A stretch of 64,000 bases of DNA from Octopus vulgaris. Its lineage: Eukaryota. Below are positions 12,544 to 26,776 of the stretch, piece by piece. How positions within the stretch are numbered: the stretch's first letter is position 1; every line of letters begins with the position of its first letter. Below the pieces are notes generated by a model. That model was not told the origin of the DNA. It worked only from the letters and a program-made list of their open reading frames with translations, and ran no database searches. The stretch is taken from positions 28,458,001 through 28,522,000 of the forward strand of contig OX597827.1 of the NCBI GenBank assembly GCA_951406725.2, given 5' to 3'. The translations under genes and the position numbers were made by a program.

Positions 12544-13689
12544 TATTGTGCATATCCTTCTTGCAAGGTTGAAGGGGATGTTTGTTTTAGTGTGTCTTGG
12601 GTGGCATGAATTAAAGAGAAGGTATTGTTTGGCGTCTGTGGCTTTGTAAAAAATGTCTGTTTCTATTTTAAGGTTAATTTTTTAATTAGTATATCCAAGA
12701 ACGGGAGCTCCTTTTGGTTGTATTCCATTGTGAACTGTATATTTGGGTTTATGCTGTTCAATAGGTTTTTAAATTTTAGGAGTTTATCTGTGTTTTCATT
12801 CCAGAGAATAAAACAATCGTCTAAGAATCGTTTCCAATTCTCTTTTATGTATTGAGAGAGGGGTTTCCAAAGATTGATAAAGATTCCTGGTAAATGATTA
12901 TTTCCATGTATCCCATTGTTAAGTTCGCAATGACTGGTGCTGCCCTTGTACCCATAGCAATTCCGGATTTTTGACGGTAAAATGTATTGTCAAACATGAA
13001 GTGGTTATTGTGTAGGATGAATTCAATTGATTTAGTAATGAATTCTTTACTGATCCTTTTGGTATTTCTTCCGGAAATTGGTCTAACCAGAACTGTATTG
13101 CCTCCAGTCCATAATTATGAGGTATACTGGTATATAAGTTAACTACATCAAATGAAACCAGGATTGATTCTTCCTTGGCTTTTTTTGGAAGGTGGTTTAA
13201 CATATCTAAGTCATCTCTGATATGGCTATCGATATGTTTAAGGAAGGGTTTCAGGAGGATGTCCATAAGTAGATTTAGTCTGTGTGTTTCACAGGTTGGG
13301 CCAGCTACAATGGGTCGTAGTTTTAGGTCCCCCCGGTTAGGTGTGTGTATGTATGTCTTTGGTGATTTTTTAATGGTTTCATTTATAATTTGACTTTTAT
13401 GAATTTTTGGCAGACCATAGAAAGGACTAGGTTTGCATTTAAAGTTTGTTAGGAAGTCAATCTCTTTGGTTGTTAGTTCCTTTTCATGGGTTTTAATTAG
13501 TGAAGATAGAGTTTTCATTATTTTTTGTGGGGTGTAGTTGGTAATTTTTTCATAATGTATGTCGTCATCAAGCAATAAAATTACAAGATTTCTGTAGTAT
13601 GATGTATCCATTATTACAACTGCATTTCCCTTGTCTGCTTCCTTAAATGTTATATCCTCATCATTTTGAAGTTCTATCAGTTCAACTGA

Positions 13690-13975
13690 TGATCGTAAGG
13701 TCATGAATTCAATTCCGGGCGACGCATTGTGTCGTTGACCAAGACACTTTATTTCTCATTGCACCAGTCCACTCAGCTGCCAAGATGAGTTGTACCTGTA
13801 TTTCAAAAGGCCGGCCTTGTCACATTCTGAGTCGCGCTGAATTTCCACGAGAACTACGTTAAAGGTACAAGTGTCTGTGGAGTGCTCAGCCACTTGCACG
13901 TTAATTTCACGAGCAAGCTGTTCCTTTGGTCATGTCAGCTGGGACCTTCGTCGTCGCAACCGACGGAGGGCCAGT
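13690..13975 (+). mobile_element. tRNA-derived SINE lacking its extreme 5' end, abutting the Penelope truncation point
   Basis: gatcgtaaggtcatgaattcaattccggg (B-box-like) followed by the core shared with 2398-2685. Confidence 0.75.
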
Positions 13976-14239
13976 GTCAATAATTTGTCATCATCCTCAC
14001 GAATACGTGTTTCCTTTGGCTTACTCTATGTGCTTTTATACACACATATGTAAGATTGCGCATTTATATGTGTATAAAGCAGTATGTAAGTACGTGTTGC
14101 ATTTAACATCTGCACATAAACGATGGTCATATCCTGTGCAAGTTAAGAGTTGTACAAGGTTTACTTGATAAGTTGTACAGCGCCCCCTGTTGGTTAAACA
14201 AAATAAAACACTCTTAGTTAAACAATTGCAAATTGTATT

Positions 14240-14243
14240 GCTG

Positions 14244-14310
<67 letters not shown>

Positions 14311-14330
14311 TATTATTATTATTATTATTA

Positions 14331-14406
<76 letters not shown>

Positions 14407-14420
14407 TTGTTATCATTATT
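14240..14420. repeat. (TTA)n microsatellite without an insertion; similar tracts at 45880-46035 and 58570-58720
   Basis: Visible directly. Confidence 0.97.
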
Positions 14421-14518
14421 GGAATTTTATTTTATTTTCGCATATATAGCTAAGCAAACTCTTAAAGATAACATTTCCTGCTTTTAACGAGTGCGTATCG
14501 TAGAAAATATCTTTATCG

Positions 14519-14588
<70 letters not shown>

Positions 14589-14753
14589 GCATATGTGGTA
14601 TATATACGTTGATATATATCACATATTCTATATGTATACGTACGCCTGCGCATGTACACACACATATACATGTATAAGTGTTTGTAAAATGCTAACGAAA
14701 ATTATATGAATAAATCAAATAATTCGACAAGCATACATACATGCATATGTATG

Positions 14754-14798
<45 letters not shown>

Positions 14799-14799
14799 A

Positions 14800-14844
<45 letters not shown>

Positions 14845-15047
14845 ATCTATTAACATAAATATATGAATACATATATATATGTATGTATGTATATATATAT
14901 ATATATATATGAATTTAACTGAAGTAGTAATCGGAATATTATGAGATTGTGACAGAATTTTGGATTTTCGTCTCTTTCTACTTTAAACATTAGATGGAAT
15001 CTCATCCTTTGACTGTTATTACCCGGAACAATACAATACTTATGTAG

Positions 15048-15166
<119 letters not shown>

Positions 15167-15177
15167 ATATATGTATG

Positions 15178-15237
<60 letters not shown>

Positions 15238-15345
15238 CACATACATATATATATACATATATATACATATATATATATATATAAAGATATATAGATAGGT
15301 AGATAGATACGTGTACATATAATAGATACACATGGATACACACAC

Positions 15346-15380
<35 letters not shown>

Positions 15381-16922
15381 CCTGACGATTTCGAATTCAA
15401 TAATCACGCAACATGAAAAACTGAATAAATAATTAAAAATAAAATACATGATTGAAAGAATAAAAGAATGAACGAATAAATGAGAGAATATTATTATCGT
15501 TTTCAAAATCTATTGTTTTATAACGTTTTGCTTGGAATATATTTTATAATTTATTAAGAACTTTGAAAAATATAGAAATAATCCATCATCCAGATATGTA
15601 GATATTTCAGTCTTGAAACTTTCATTCAATCCGTGACGAAATAAAAGATAAAGCTGCTATGTATGTGTGTGTGTGTGTCTGTTTGTATGTCTGTATATGT
15701 ATGTGTGTATATATATAAGGATATATGCTCATATATACATACATATACATATAGATGTGTAAGTATGTGGGTGTTTCTGTGTATGTATTGTATATTGATT
15801 TCGAGTTTCGTTTCATTATGAGAAGGAGAAACAAAATGAATTAAATCGCCCCCTTCCTTGTCTGGCGTTTTATTTTATCAAAGAGGGAAAGACGAAAGGG
15901 TACGTTGACCTACGCGTGATTTGATATCAAGAACATAAGGCAGCCGAATGGTGCAAATAATTCAAACGCTACTGATACTGATAATCTGCCACCAAATACT
16001 TTCCCAGGTATTTATGTCCTGATACAAAATTATAAGAGTGTTCAATACAAATTATTTTGGTCGCGTAATAATTCATACGTATCTCATATTATGTGAGTCT
16101 AACGGGATTTCAAGATGCAAAGTGCAACTTCGTTTACTTGAGTATAAAATCAGCAAGCTGGAAATTAATAAGATGACTTTAAGTGTTGCAATTTGGTTGA
16201 TATAGGTGGATACCTATATTTGGTTTATATAGGCCTGTCATTTATCTGAAGTTGGTGATTTATACTCACACGAGAGGTTTTGAGTATGTGTAGTTCTTTA
16301 CATTTAAGATTATATAGAATGAGGATTCATATTGAGCTTTTTTGAGAAGCAGTTGTTGAAGAACTTTGATATGGTCTTAAATTAATGTCCCTTATCTAAC
16401 ATTCAGTTGCTCATAGTCTTTCCCTTGTCTTTCGATTTTCAAATGTTGTTTGAAAGAGCTGCGGTGTTTTTCAGGTGGCAACAACGGAAGGTGTTTTGCT
16501 GTGTCTGAGATAGATGAAATAGTCCCCTTTGTGTAAATCGTTGATATATGAGATATTAGCACCATGTAAATAGATTTTCTGTGGACTTTTGCCCTTTGTG
16601 GAATAAAATGCTGATAACTTGCTTCGTAGGATCATATATTTGAGCGTGATTTACATAGACCACGTACCGGCTGTTCTCACTGGCTTCAGTCGACTCTTTT
16701 ATCCCTTATTCTCTGCTTGCTTCAGTTATTGGACAGCGGTCATACTGGGGCACCGGCTTGAAGAATTTTTAGCCGAATGAATCGACCCCAGTACATTTTT
16801 AAAGCCTGGTACTTATTCGACATTTTACCGAACCGCTACGTTATTGCGATGTAAACAAACCATCAATGGTTGTCAAGCTGCGGAAGAGGAACAAACACCG
16901 GCACAAAGGCACACAAACAGAA

Positions 16923-17023
<101 letters not shown>

Positions 17024-17112
17024 ATTACAATAATAGATGATAAAATATTTAAAAGGATTATTAGTGGCCAGCGTATTAAATGAAACCAATTAAGGTGGAA
17101 ATTGTAAGTTTA

Positions 17113-17203
17113 ATTATAAGGGCTTACAAAAAATGTTCTCGACCCTATATATTGTCTATTTCCCAGCATATAGGCTACAAATTTTTTCTAAGCCCTTATA
17201 ATT
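17113..17203. repeat. Short inverted repeat / mini-MITE
   Basis: attataagggcttacaaaaaat ... attttttctaagcccttataat. Confidence 0.55.
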
Positions 17204-17258
17204 ATATATATACACACACATATATATACGTGAATGTGTGAGTGTATATATATATATA

Positions 17259-17450
17259 GGGAGAATTCACAAAAATAAGCAAAATACGAAGACAGGTGGT
17301 GTAGACAACAAACAGATGTATTAGTTTAACGCTCGGGAAAGAAAAATGTCTTTAACGCTTCGAACATACGCTCTTCCACAGAAAGGAACACAGAAAGAAA
17401 CAAGGAGAGAATATAAAGAATGTGTAGTGGCTAGTAATCTATCATGGTGA
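17259..17450 (-). mobile_element. Penelope terminal-repeat-like fragment with a degenerate hammerhead motif; related layout at 3975-4180 and 49440-49690
   Basis: Reverse complement ttt-CTGTGGA-a-gagc(gtat)gttc-GAAG-cg-T-T-aaa; flanked by (TA)n. Confidence 0.5.
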
Positions 17451-18207
17451 ATATATATCATGACAGGCTTGTTTCAGTTTTCGTCTATTAAATCCACTCA
17501 CGAAGCTATGGTCACCCCAAGTTTATAGTGACAGACATTAACCAAGGTGCGATGCAGTGGGACTGAACTCAGAACCAGGTGGTTGGTACAAATCCTGCAC
17601 CGATAAGTACGAGTTGGAATCCATCTCTTATCAGTTTGTTTTGACATTCCCCAAAATATATCAAAGAGCCGTCTGACCCTTTTTTTATTGTAGCAGTGTT
17701 TAGTTATAGAATGCAAAAAGAAGAAAGTAATTCCTCAGATGGACAGAGGGAATCATATTTCTGGTTTCTAAAGAGAACCGAATAAAAGAAGAAACACATG
17801 AAACAATTTGATGATATGGTACTATCGAATGGGGAGGAAGGTGATGTGAATGGGAAATTTGCCAGTTATTTTGCTAAACTTTTTTTGTTCCAAAGTAATA
17901 ATAACATTCTATTATATATCTTACAGAAGCATACATATATTTTGCGATCAAAAAACATATTTGAAGTAGCTAAACGCTAGCTTGTTTATGGATATCAAAG
18001 AACTATGCTATCTTTTGAATATGAGGCGTAGATTCTCATAAAACCATTGGGAAAACCGGTTCTTAAGTTCGAAAGTTGACATTTTGGTTTCATGCAATAC
18101 TTCATAAACATTCTTGGAGAATATGACTTTTTACATTAAAACAAATGACCATAAATTTTAGAGGACTTGTGTGAATCGCTGAAACACAGATGATGATAAG
18201 GATTTAA

Positions 18208-18259
<52 letters not shown>

Positions 18260-18731
18260 TGAATAATACATACGCAGATAAATAGACCATTTCTGTACGC
18301 ATATAAACACACACACACATACATATGTGTGTGTGTATATATATATCATTTAATATGTACAATTACAAAAGAACTACTAAGAGTTTCATGCTTTAAGATA
18401 CATAAAATTGGCAGATTTATATAACATGCTGTGTATATCCAAACAGTCTTTCAGGCTTAGTTCATAATGCCAGATGTATTTAAAAAGCAGGTCGACTATG
18501 ATGAAATATGAGGGAAAATAACGAGAAGATAATACTTGAAGAGGAGTGATGCGAAAAGTAACAAGAAAAAAAAAAAATTAGGAAAAGCAAGATCTTTGAC
18601 TGTTGATATCATAATTAATGTGACTGGTGAAGAATAATGTAACAGGAAGGAAGCCAATGTCTGTGAGACAGCTACTCACTACGGAATGGATAGTGTTCTC
18701 TATTTCGACAAAAGTAACTTGTCCATGTGCT

Positions 18732-19288
<557 letters not shown>

Positions 19289-19459
19289 ATATATATATAT
19301 ATATATATATATCTGCATTTATATATAGTACTCAGTGGTGTATGGTGGTTGTTGTATTGTGTGCGCTGACTCACGCAATGCCACCTAATTTCAAGCATGA
19401 TTATAAGAAAAATTTGCTATTAAGATTTGTGATTTAATTAATGAATAAGGTTAGTATGT

Positions 19460-19772
19460 GAAGGTGCATGGCTCAGTGGTTAGAGCGTCGAGCTTACGAT
19501 CGTGAGGTTGTGATTTCGAATCCCGGACCGGGCTGCGTGTTGTGTTCTTGAGCAAGACACTATTTCACATTGCTCCAGTTCACTCAACTGTAGAAATGGG
19601 TTGCGAAGTCACAGGTGCCAAGCTGTATCGGCCCCTTTGCCTTTCCCTTGGATAACACTGGTGGCGTGAAGTGGAGGCCGCTATGCATGGGTGACTGTTG
19701 TTCTTCCATAAACAACCTTGCCCTGGGAGGGTAACTTTCTTGGTGCCAGTCATGACCGAAGGGCGTCTCAGC
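19460..19772 (+). mobile_element. tRNA-derived SINE, apparently full length
   Basis: A box tggctcagtgg, B-box-like atttcgaatcc, then core gtgttcttgagcaagacac..tttcacattgctccag. Confidence 0.85.
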
Positions 19773-20029
19773 ATGGTTAGTAATTATAGGGAATTCACCA
19801 TATTCGATGAGTGTGCAGTGCACACCTGGTACACCTGGTATATAAGCCCCTGATAGTAATGTGTCTGCTTTTTATGCAAAAATTTGAATATACATCCGCC
19901 TGGGTATATCGAATATAAGTCATTATAATTCAAAGTGATTTCACTTGTCAGTCACATAAGTTTAATGCTACAGAAGGAATACCTATCTACAGTACTGGTC
20001 TGGTTGCAATTCATATCAAACATTGAATA

Positions 20030-20860
20030 TCATCGACCAATATCTCCCAATACTCCATAAGGACCTCAAACGTCAGAAAATTCTGCGTAGCCATAAAATC
20101 ATTAAGAGCAGCAAACAGCCTAAAACAATAAAGAAGATCCCCACAAATGCCAAACCATTCTCTAGAACAACAGACTAGGGAATCTAAGAGTCGAAGTCTG
20201 TTTGAAGGATCGGAATTCCATTTCAGAGAAGGGCAAATATTCAAAATCAAATCTAACATCACTTACGCCTCCCAAAGCATTATTTACGTAATCAGATGCT
20301 CGAGCTGCCGTCGAAACTATATTGGTTCAACAGGAATGTTGGTCAGACAGAGATGTATGGTCCATAGACAACAAATATCCTCCTCACAAATCGCCAAATA
20401 TATCTCAGTCAACACATTGACGAATGCACAGAACGATTACAACCACAATTCGTAATTTTCCCATTTTATCAACTTGCTTTCCGGACCTCAACATAATCAA
20501 GACTGAATAAAGAAGCCTCATTTATCCAAAAATACATTTAAATATGGATCCATATTAAAAGCAAAACACTTACCCCTTATATTGTAAGATATAAGTCAAG
20601 ATAAAATAAAGATCAAAAATTAAAATTACAGATTAAATAAGTGAACCGTTATCTACCCTATTAATATGTATTCATCCTAGTAATATGATAATTTTCAACC
20701 CTTAGCCTGATGAGCAATGCGAAACCGGTTCTTACTTTAATTCTGTTGAAAGAACAAAATCTTATTTTGTACAAAATTGCATATTTTTATTATTATGACT
20801 CTAATATACCCCTTAAACCTGTAAAACGAATCTTCTGTTTTTTCATCTTTTCTCTTTCTG
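20030..20860 (+). mobile_element. Degraded Penelope-like (Neptune) 3' fragment
   Basis: ORF 20147-20455 contains FEGSEFHFREGQIFKIKSNITYASQSIIYVIRCSSCRRNYIGSTG. Confidence 0.85.
20702..20735 (+). ncRNA. Minimal hammerhead motif, canonical core, weak stem I
   Basis: CTGATGA-gc(aat)gc-GAAA-ccgg-T-T downstream of the GIY-YIG ORF. Confidence 0.55.
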
Positions 20861-20920
20861 TATATATCTAATCACGTTTGTTCACCAGCTAAAATATTTT
20901 CTACTTTATATATATATATT

Positions 20921-20981
<61 letters not shown>

Positions 20982-21280
20982 GGGAGTTCTATCAATGAAA
21001 AGGTACGAGAAAAAACAACCTTTTCCTACGAGAAGAATTCTAATCAGAAATATAAAAAAAAGGCAAAATGCAGAGAAATTCTAAGCTTGACAATTTTTGT
21101 ATATATTTTTATGGAATAAATTATTCACATAGTTGACGGGTTGCATTTGTGCTAATCAGGAGAAAAAATTATTGATAATGAATACAATTATATGTTATAT
21201 TTTGTTTTCATTCCATGTCAGTAGGAGGGAGGTTTTATATATAAATATCTGTTTAGTGTTGACTATGGGAAATAATAGTG

Positions 21281-21344
<64 letters not shown>

Positions 21345-21421
21345 GTAGTAGTAGTAGTAGTAGTAGTAGTAGCAGCAGTAGCAGCAGCAGTAGTAGTGGT
21401 AGTAGTAGTAGTGGTAGTAGT

Positions 21422-21762
21422 AGTAGTTGTGGAGCATCATAGCGATGTTTGGAGAGGAATTCGTTGGGGTTTGGATAATTCACCTTCCGAAACATGGGTG
21501 TTTCGTTAAACATCCTTAAACAATCCTTATTCAGGGACCTTTTGAGTGGGATGGGCTACTCGACCTGAAGAAAATTCAAATTTGGCCTCACCTGCAAGGT
21601 CATGCGCTGTTAATCTTGATATGAAATCACCATGTCACGCATATATGGTTGTAATATATGTGCCTGGTGTACCCTTATGAGACAGGTAGTCAAGATGGGT
21701 ATACCGGGATTCGTATATTTTACCCCAGTGTCCCTTTGATGGCACGCACTGCTTTCTCACTC
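21422..21762 (+). mobile_element. 5'-truncated copy 1 of a non-coding TAA-tailed element
   Basis: Colinear with the 3' part of 23149-23676 and 26777-27326; ends ctcactc-(AAT)n. Confidence 0.8.
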
Positions 21763-21780
21763 AATAATAATAATAATAAC

Positions 21781-21818
<38 letters not shown>

Positions 21819-21825
21819 TAACAAC

Positions 21826-21943
<118 letters not shown>

Positions 21944-22004
21944 GAAGAAGAAGAAGAAGAAGAAGAAGAAGAAGAAGAAGAAGAAGAAGAAGAAGAAGAA
22001 AAAG

Positions 22005-23000
22005 AACCTCTCAATGGCAAATACCGTTATTCTGAATGATAAATGGCAAGAAAAACCTCTCAATGGCAAATACCAAAAGAGAGTGAATAATGCAAATGTT
22101 GACAAAGCCCTGACCCATCAATGGCTAATGGCCTCTGGCTTAGAATCTGAAACAGAGGGGTTTGTCATAGCAACTCAAGATCAATGCCTACCAACAAGGA
22201 ACTACCAGGCCAAAATATTAAAGAACGGCAGTAGCCCAACATGTCGTGTATGTCAACAACAAAATGAAACCATTGATCATGTTGTCTCCAAGTGCAGTCT
22301 TCTTGCGCCTCCAGAGTATCTGAACAGGCATGATAGAGCTGCACAATATATTCACTGGATAATTTGCAGAAGCCTGGACTTGCCCTATAATAAAAGCTAG
22401 TGGGAACACAATCCACCTCCAGTGCTTGAAAATGACCACTTCACACTCCTCTGGAACTTCACCATTCAAACTGACAGAAAGTTAGACGCGAATAGGCCAG
22501 ATATCATATTGAAAGACTTCAGACAAAGAACATGCCTCCTCATTGATATGACTGTCCCAATCGATATAAACGTATCTGTCAAGACCTACCAGGAACTGGG
22601 CCAATATAAAGATCTGGAAATAGAAATCAGCAAAATGTGGAACCTGAAGACTAAAACAATACATGTTGTCAAATGTGCCCTGGGAATGAAAGCGAAAGGA
22701 GCTGATTGCTACCTAACTCAGATACCAGGAAACCCCAAAATGACAGAAATTCAAAAGATAGTGCTCATGGGAACTGCTCATATCCTACGCAAAATACTTT
22801 CTATGTAATCTAAAGTTTTAAAACAAACATAATTTTCGTATGGTTTTTTTGGCATTCACTAGTACAACAATAAGTACAAAACAAATATATGGCGCCCTAG
22901 GCATAACACCAACATGAACTTCCAACTTGTTGTCTCTTGAGGTCTCTGGGTGAGACTTGGAGCCAGCTTGTGCAAATGTAAAGCAAAAGTCAAACATAGA
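22005..23000 (+). mobile_element. R4/Dong-clade LINE 3' fragment, subfamily A
   Basis: CRVCQQQNETIDHVVSKC (CCHC), RHD, ANRPDII..IDMTVP (RLE domain); flanked by (GAA)n/(TAA)n. Confidence 0.9.
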
Positions 23001-23086
23001 ATAATAATAATAATAATAATAATAACAACAACAACAACAACAATAATAATAATAATAACAACAACAACAACAGCAACAACAAAAAC

Positions 23087-23147
<61 letters not shown>

Positions 23148-23148
23148 T

Positions 23149-23676
23149 GTACAAGGCAGTGGCTCCTATGGCTTCTGATCTTAACTGATTGGAAGTGTTA
23201 TCATGTACATTGTTTTGTCTTGGTATAAAAGATGGGCTACAGCAAATATTCTGCTCAATACCACAGATTTGCTTGTCAGCTGTTTGACTTTAACCAGTTG
23301 AGCATGTCCCTTAGTGGCTGACGATATGTGCATCTCTGATTACATGCAGAAGTAGTGGGGGAGCATCATAGCCATGTGTTGAGAGGGATTGTTTGGGGTT
23401 TGAATAATTCACCTCTGGAAACATGTGTGTTTCTTTCAACATCCTTAAACAACCCTTATTCAGGAACTTTTGAGCGGGATGGGCTACTCAACCTGAAGAA
23501 AATTCTAACTGGGCCCCACCTCTGTTTATCTTGATATGAGATCACCATGTCGTGCACAAATGGTTGTGATGCATGTGCCTGGTGTACCCTTATCAGACGG
23601 GTAGTCATGATGGGTATATTGGGCTTCGTATATTTTACCCCAATGTCACTTTTTGGCATGAACTGCTCCCTCACTC
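23149..23676 (+). mobile_element. Copy 2 of the non-coding TAA-tailed element
   Basis: Colinear with 26777-27326; (TAA)n on both sides. Confidence 0.82.
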
Positions 23677-23714
<38 letters not shown>

Positions 23715-23723
23715 AAATAATAA

Positions 23724-23958
23724 TGTGCACTTGCAAGTTTCAACACTTTACTGCAAACACGGCTGAAAACCATTGGGGCAAGTGTTCTGAAGGTACAACA
23801 TCTACAAAAACCAGCATTGCTTGGAACTGCAAGAATTCTTCGCAGGGTTTTCGAAACATGACCAATAAAGAATTGTCACCTTAGTCTGCTGTCTGTGGAC
23901 AGCTGACGCTTTCCATCATACCCAGCAAAATTAGCTGTGAGTTTTCACATATCGATAG
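23724..23958 (+). mobile_element. Short R4/Dong-like 3' fragment, subfamily B
   Basis: Translates QHLQKPALLGTARILRRVFET*, matching the C-terminal pattern of the neighbouring RLE ORFs. Confidence 0.7.
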
Positions 23959-23964
23959 TAATAA

Positions 23965-24340
23965 TCAGATGCGATTCAGTGCGACCGTGAGATAGAGAAC
24001 AGGAAGCCAGACATAGTCTTAATTGAGAAAGAAACCAAACTATGCTGGATCATAGATATAGCATGCCCAGCTGACAAAAAGGTATGCGATAAGGAAGAAA
24101 GAACAGTTGTGGTCGACGAAAAAGGTGGTAGTAGTACTAATAATTGTCGGAGCTCTGTGAAGAGTGGGTAAAAATCTCGAGAAGTACGTTGAAGAAATAG
24201 GGGCTGCAATATGGGTGGAGCACTTGCAGAAAACAGCACTGCTTGGAAACGCTCGAAAAAGGAGAAGTGTTTCCTTAGTTCACTGGTTGTGAACAGCTGA
24301 CACTGTAATACATCTCCAGCGTTAGAAGCTGTGCAAAATC
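23965..24340 (+). mobile_element. Short R4/Dong-like 3' fragment, subfamily C
   Basis: IQCDREIENRKPDIVLIEKETKLCWIIDIACPAD and LQKTALLG; followed by (TAA)n. Confidence 0.78.
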
Positions 24341-24430
<90 letters not shown>

Positions 24431-24434
<4 letters not shown>

Positions 24435-26727
24435 GACACAAAAAACCCAAAGAATTACCGGCCAATAACATGTAAAAGACACAAAAAACCCAAAGAATTA
24501 CCGGCCAATAACATGTCTCAACACCACCTACAAAATCCTCACATCCATAATAACGGAGAGAATGTACGCTTTCCTTGAACAAAATTCTATCCTTCCACAA
24601 GCTCAAAAAGGTTGTAAAAGAAACTCTTATGGGTGCAAAGACCAATTGCTCATAAACAGAATGATTGTAGAGAATTGCCGGAGCAAAAACAAAAACCTGA
24701 GTATGGCATGGATAGACTACAGGAAAGCATATGACAGTGTCCCACATAAATGGATACTCAAGGCCCTTGAGATATACAAGATCTCTCCTGTCGTCTCAAA
24801 ATTCTTAGAGAATAGCATGACCATGTGGAACACACGTCTCTTTTTAAGCCATAGTAATGGGATGAGCCAGTCCAACAGCATCAACATCAAACGAGGCATC
24901 TTTCAAGGTGACTCCCTCTCTCCATTACTTTTTTGCATGGCACTGATCCCACTCTCAAACGAATTGGATAGTACTAGATATGGGTACAAAGTTTTTAGTA
25001 AATTAATAAACCATCTTTTCTATATGGACGACCTAAAGCTGTTTGCCAGGAATGACCAAGAGCTAGAAGGGCTGCTAACAACTGTTAAAGAGTTTAGCAA
25101 TGATATCGGAATGGATTTTGGCCTTGATAAGTGTGCTAAAGCAACTTTTGTAAGAGGCAAGCTCAAGCAAACAGCTTCTGTTAAATTAGATATTGACACT
25201 ACCATCAAGGAACTTGACCCACAGGAAAGTTACAAATACCTAGGAATCAACGAAGGAGATGGTATACATCATGCTACTATGAAGGAAAAAATAAGAAAGG
25301 AATACTATAGGAGAATAAGGCTTGTACTGAAGACTGAGCTCAACTCCAAAAATTGCATTGAGGCCATTAACACCCTGGCCCTTCCAGTAGTCCAGTACAG
25401 TTTTAATATCATTAACTGGAACCTTACGGAACTCCAACGCTTAGACAGGAAGACAAGAAAGTTACTGACATCTAGGAGCATGCACCACCCTAAGGCAGAT
25501 GTAGACCGCTTGTACCTACCTAGAAGCAGCGGGGGAGAGGAATGATGCAATTAGAGCTGTGCTATAAGACCTCTACTGTAGGAATGAACAGGTACCTATC
25601 TAGTACAAAGGACTGGATGCTGCGACTTGTGCGCGAACACGAAAGCAACAAAAAGCTGCATTCTATTGTCAAGGAAGCTTATAAGTTCGAAAGGGAACTA
25701 GACATTAACCTTGAATCAGATGAAGAGCCGGAAACCACTGCTACCAAGCAAGCAAAGCGAATCAAGCAGACTGCAAAAAAGAACGGGCAGAATCAAATTG
25801 AGAGGCGGTGGAGCCAGAAGCCCCTGCATGGACAATATATTCTCCGAAGCCAAAATGCTGATGTAGACCAAGCAACAACCCATCAGTGGCTGAAGAGCTC
25901 TGGATTGAAAGCAGAGACTGAAGGTTTCATAATGGCAGCACAAGATCAAAGCTTGTTTACCAGAAATTACCAGGCTAACGTTCTCCGAAACGGTACTGAC
26001 CCTAAATGCAGATTCTGCGACACATTTGACGAAACGATAGACCATCTCGTTTCGGGATGTCCTGTGCTGACACCAAACGAATACAAAAATCGCCACGATA
26101 GGGTAGGACAGTATATACATTGGAAGATATGTAAACACTACAAATCCGACATTCCTGCTAACTGGTACGAACACCATCCTCAGCCAGTTGTTGAAGGTAA
26201 AGATGTCACCATCCTCTGGGATTTTCCAGTCAACACTGACAGAACGATCAAGGCTAATCGACCAGACATAATTGTTAAGGACAGGGAAGAAAATACCTGC
26301 AGACTAATAGAAGTAAGCGTCCCCACTGATAAAAATGTATCTGTCAAGGAATTTGACAAACTTAGTAAATATAAGGACCTGGAAATCGAAATACAGAGGA
26401 TGTGGAATCTTAAAACAAAAACTGTTCCTGTTATTGTAGGTGCCCTAGGTATGATAAAAAAGGGATGTCAGAAACACCTAGACAATATCCCTGGAAAACC
26501 ATGTCTCAAGGAAATCCAAAAGATTGTGCTAACAAGTACTGCCCACATCCTTAGAAAAACCCTATCAATGTAAATGTCTGTGTTTGCATTACATGGAGAT
26601 ATATCTCTACTTCCCCTCCCCAAGCTTTCAGCTGTATTTCAACAACTCTTAACCTTCACTTGCCCTAGGGCGCTGGGTGTGCCCCGGCAGGTGATTGCAT
26701 CAAACATGCAGATTAAAAGTAAATGAC
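24431..26727 (+). mobile_element. 5'-truncated R4/Dong-clade LINE, subfamily D copy 1 (RT + CCHC + RLE, one frameshift near 25545)
   Basis: RGIFQGDSLSPLLF, HLFYMDDLKLF, CRFCDTFDETIDHLVSGC, RHD, NRPDII; (TAA)n on both sides. Confidence 0.95.
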
Positions 26728-26776
26728 AATAATAATAATAATAATAATAATAATGATGATAATAATAATAATTATA

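Larger units (their letters stand above)
11445..13690 (-). mobile_element. 5'-truncated Penelope-like element (Neptune type), RT + GIY-YIG endonuclease, frameshifted
   Basis: ORF 12919-13704 has KEADKGNAVVIMD, FYGLPKIHK, LRPIVAG and SFDVVNLYTSIP; ORF 11602-12543 has the Cys linker CGRSNCATC and NIIYVIKCSGCHQDYVGST. Confidence 0.93.

Noticed and set aside
16200-16660. Possible very old Penelope endonuclease remnant on the minus strand
   Set aside because: Too degraded to recover a convincing motif
17700-18130. Possible LINE linker remnant (NGKFASYFAKLF)
   Set aside because: Single weak motif with no supporting RT sequence
19460-19535. tRNA gene candidate
   Set aside because: Runs straight into a SINE core and lacks a proper acceptor stem; it is a SINE head
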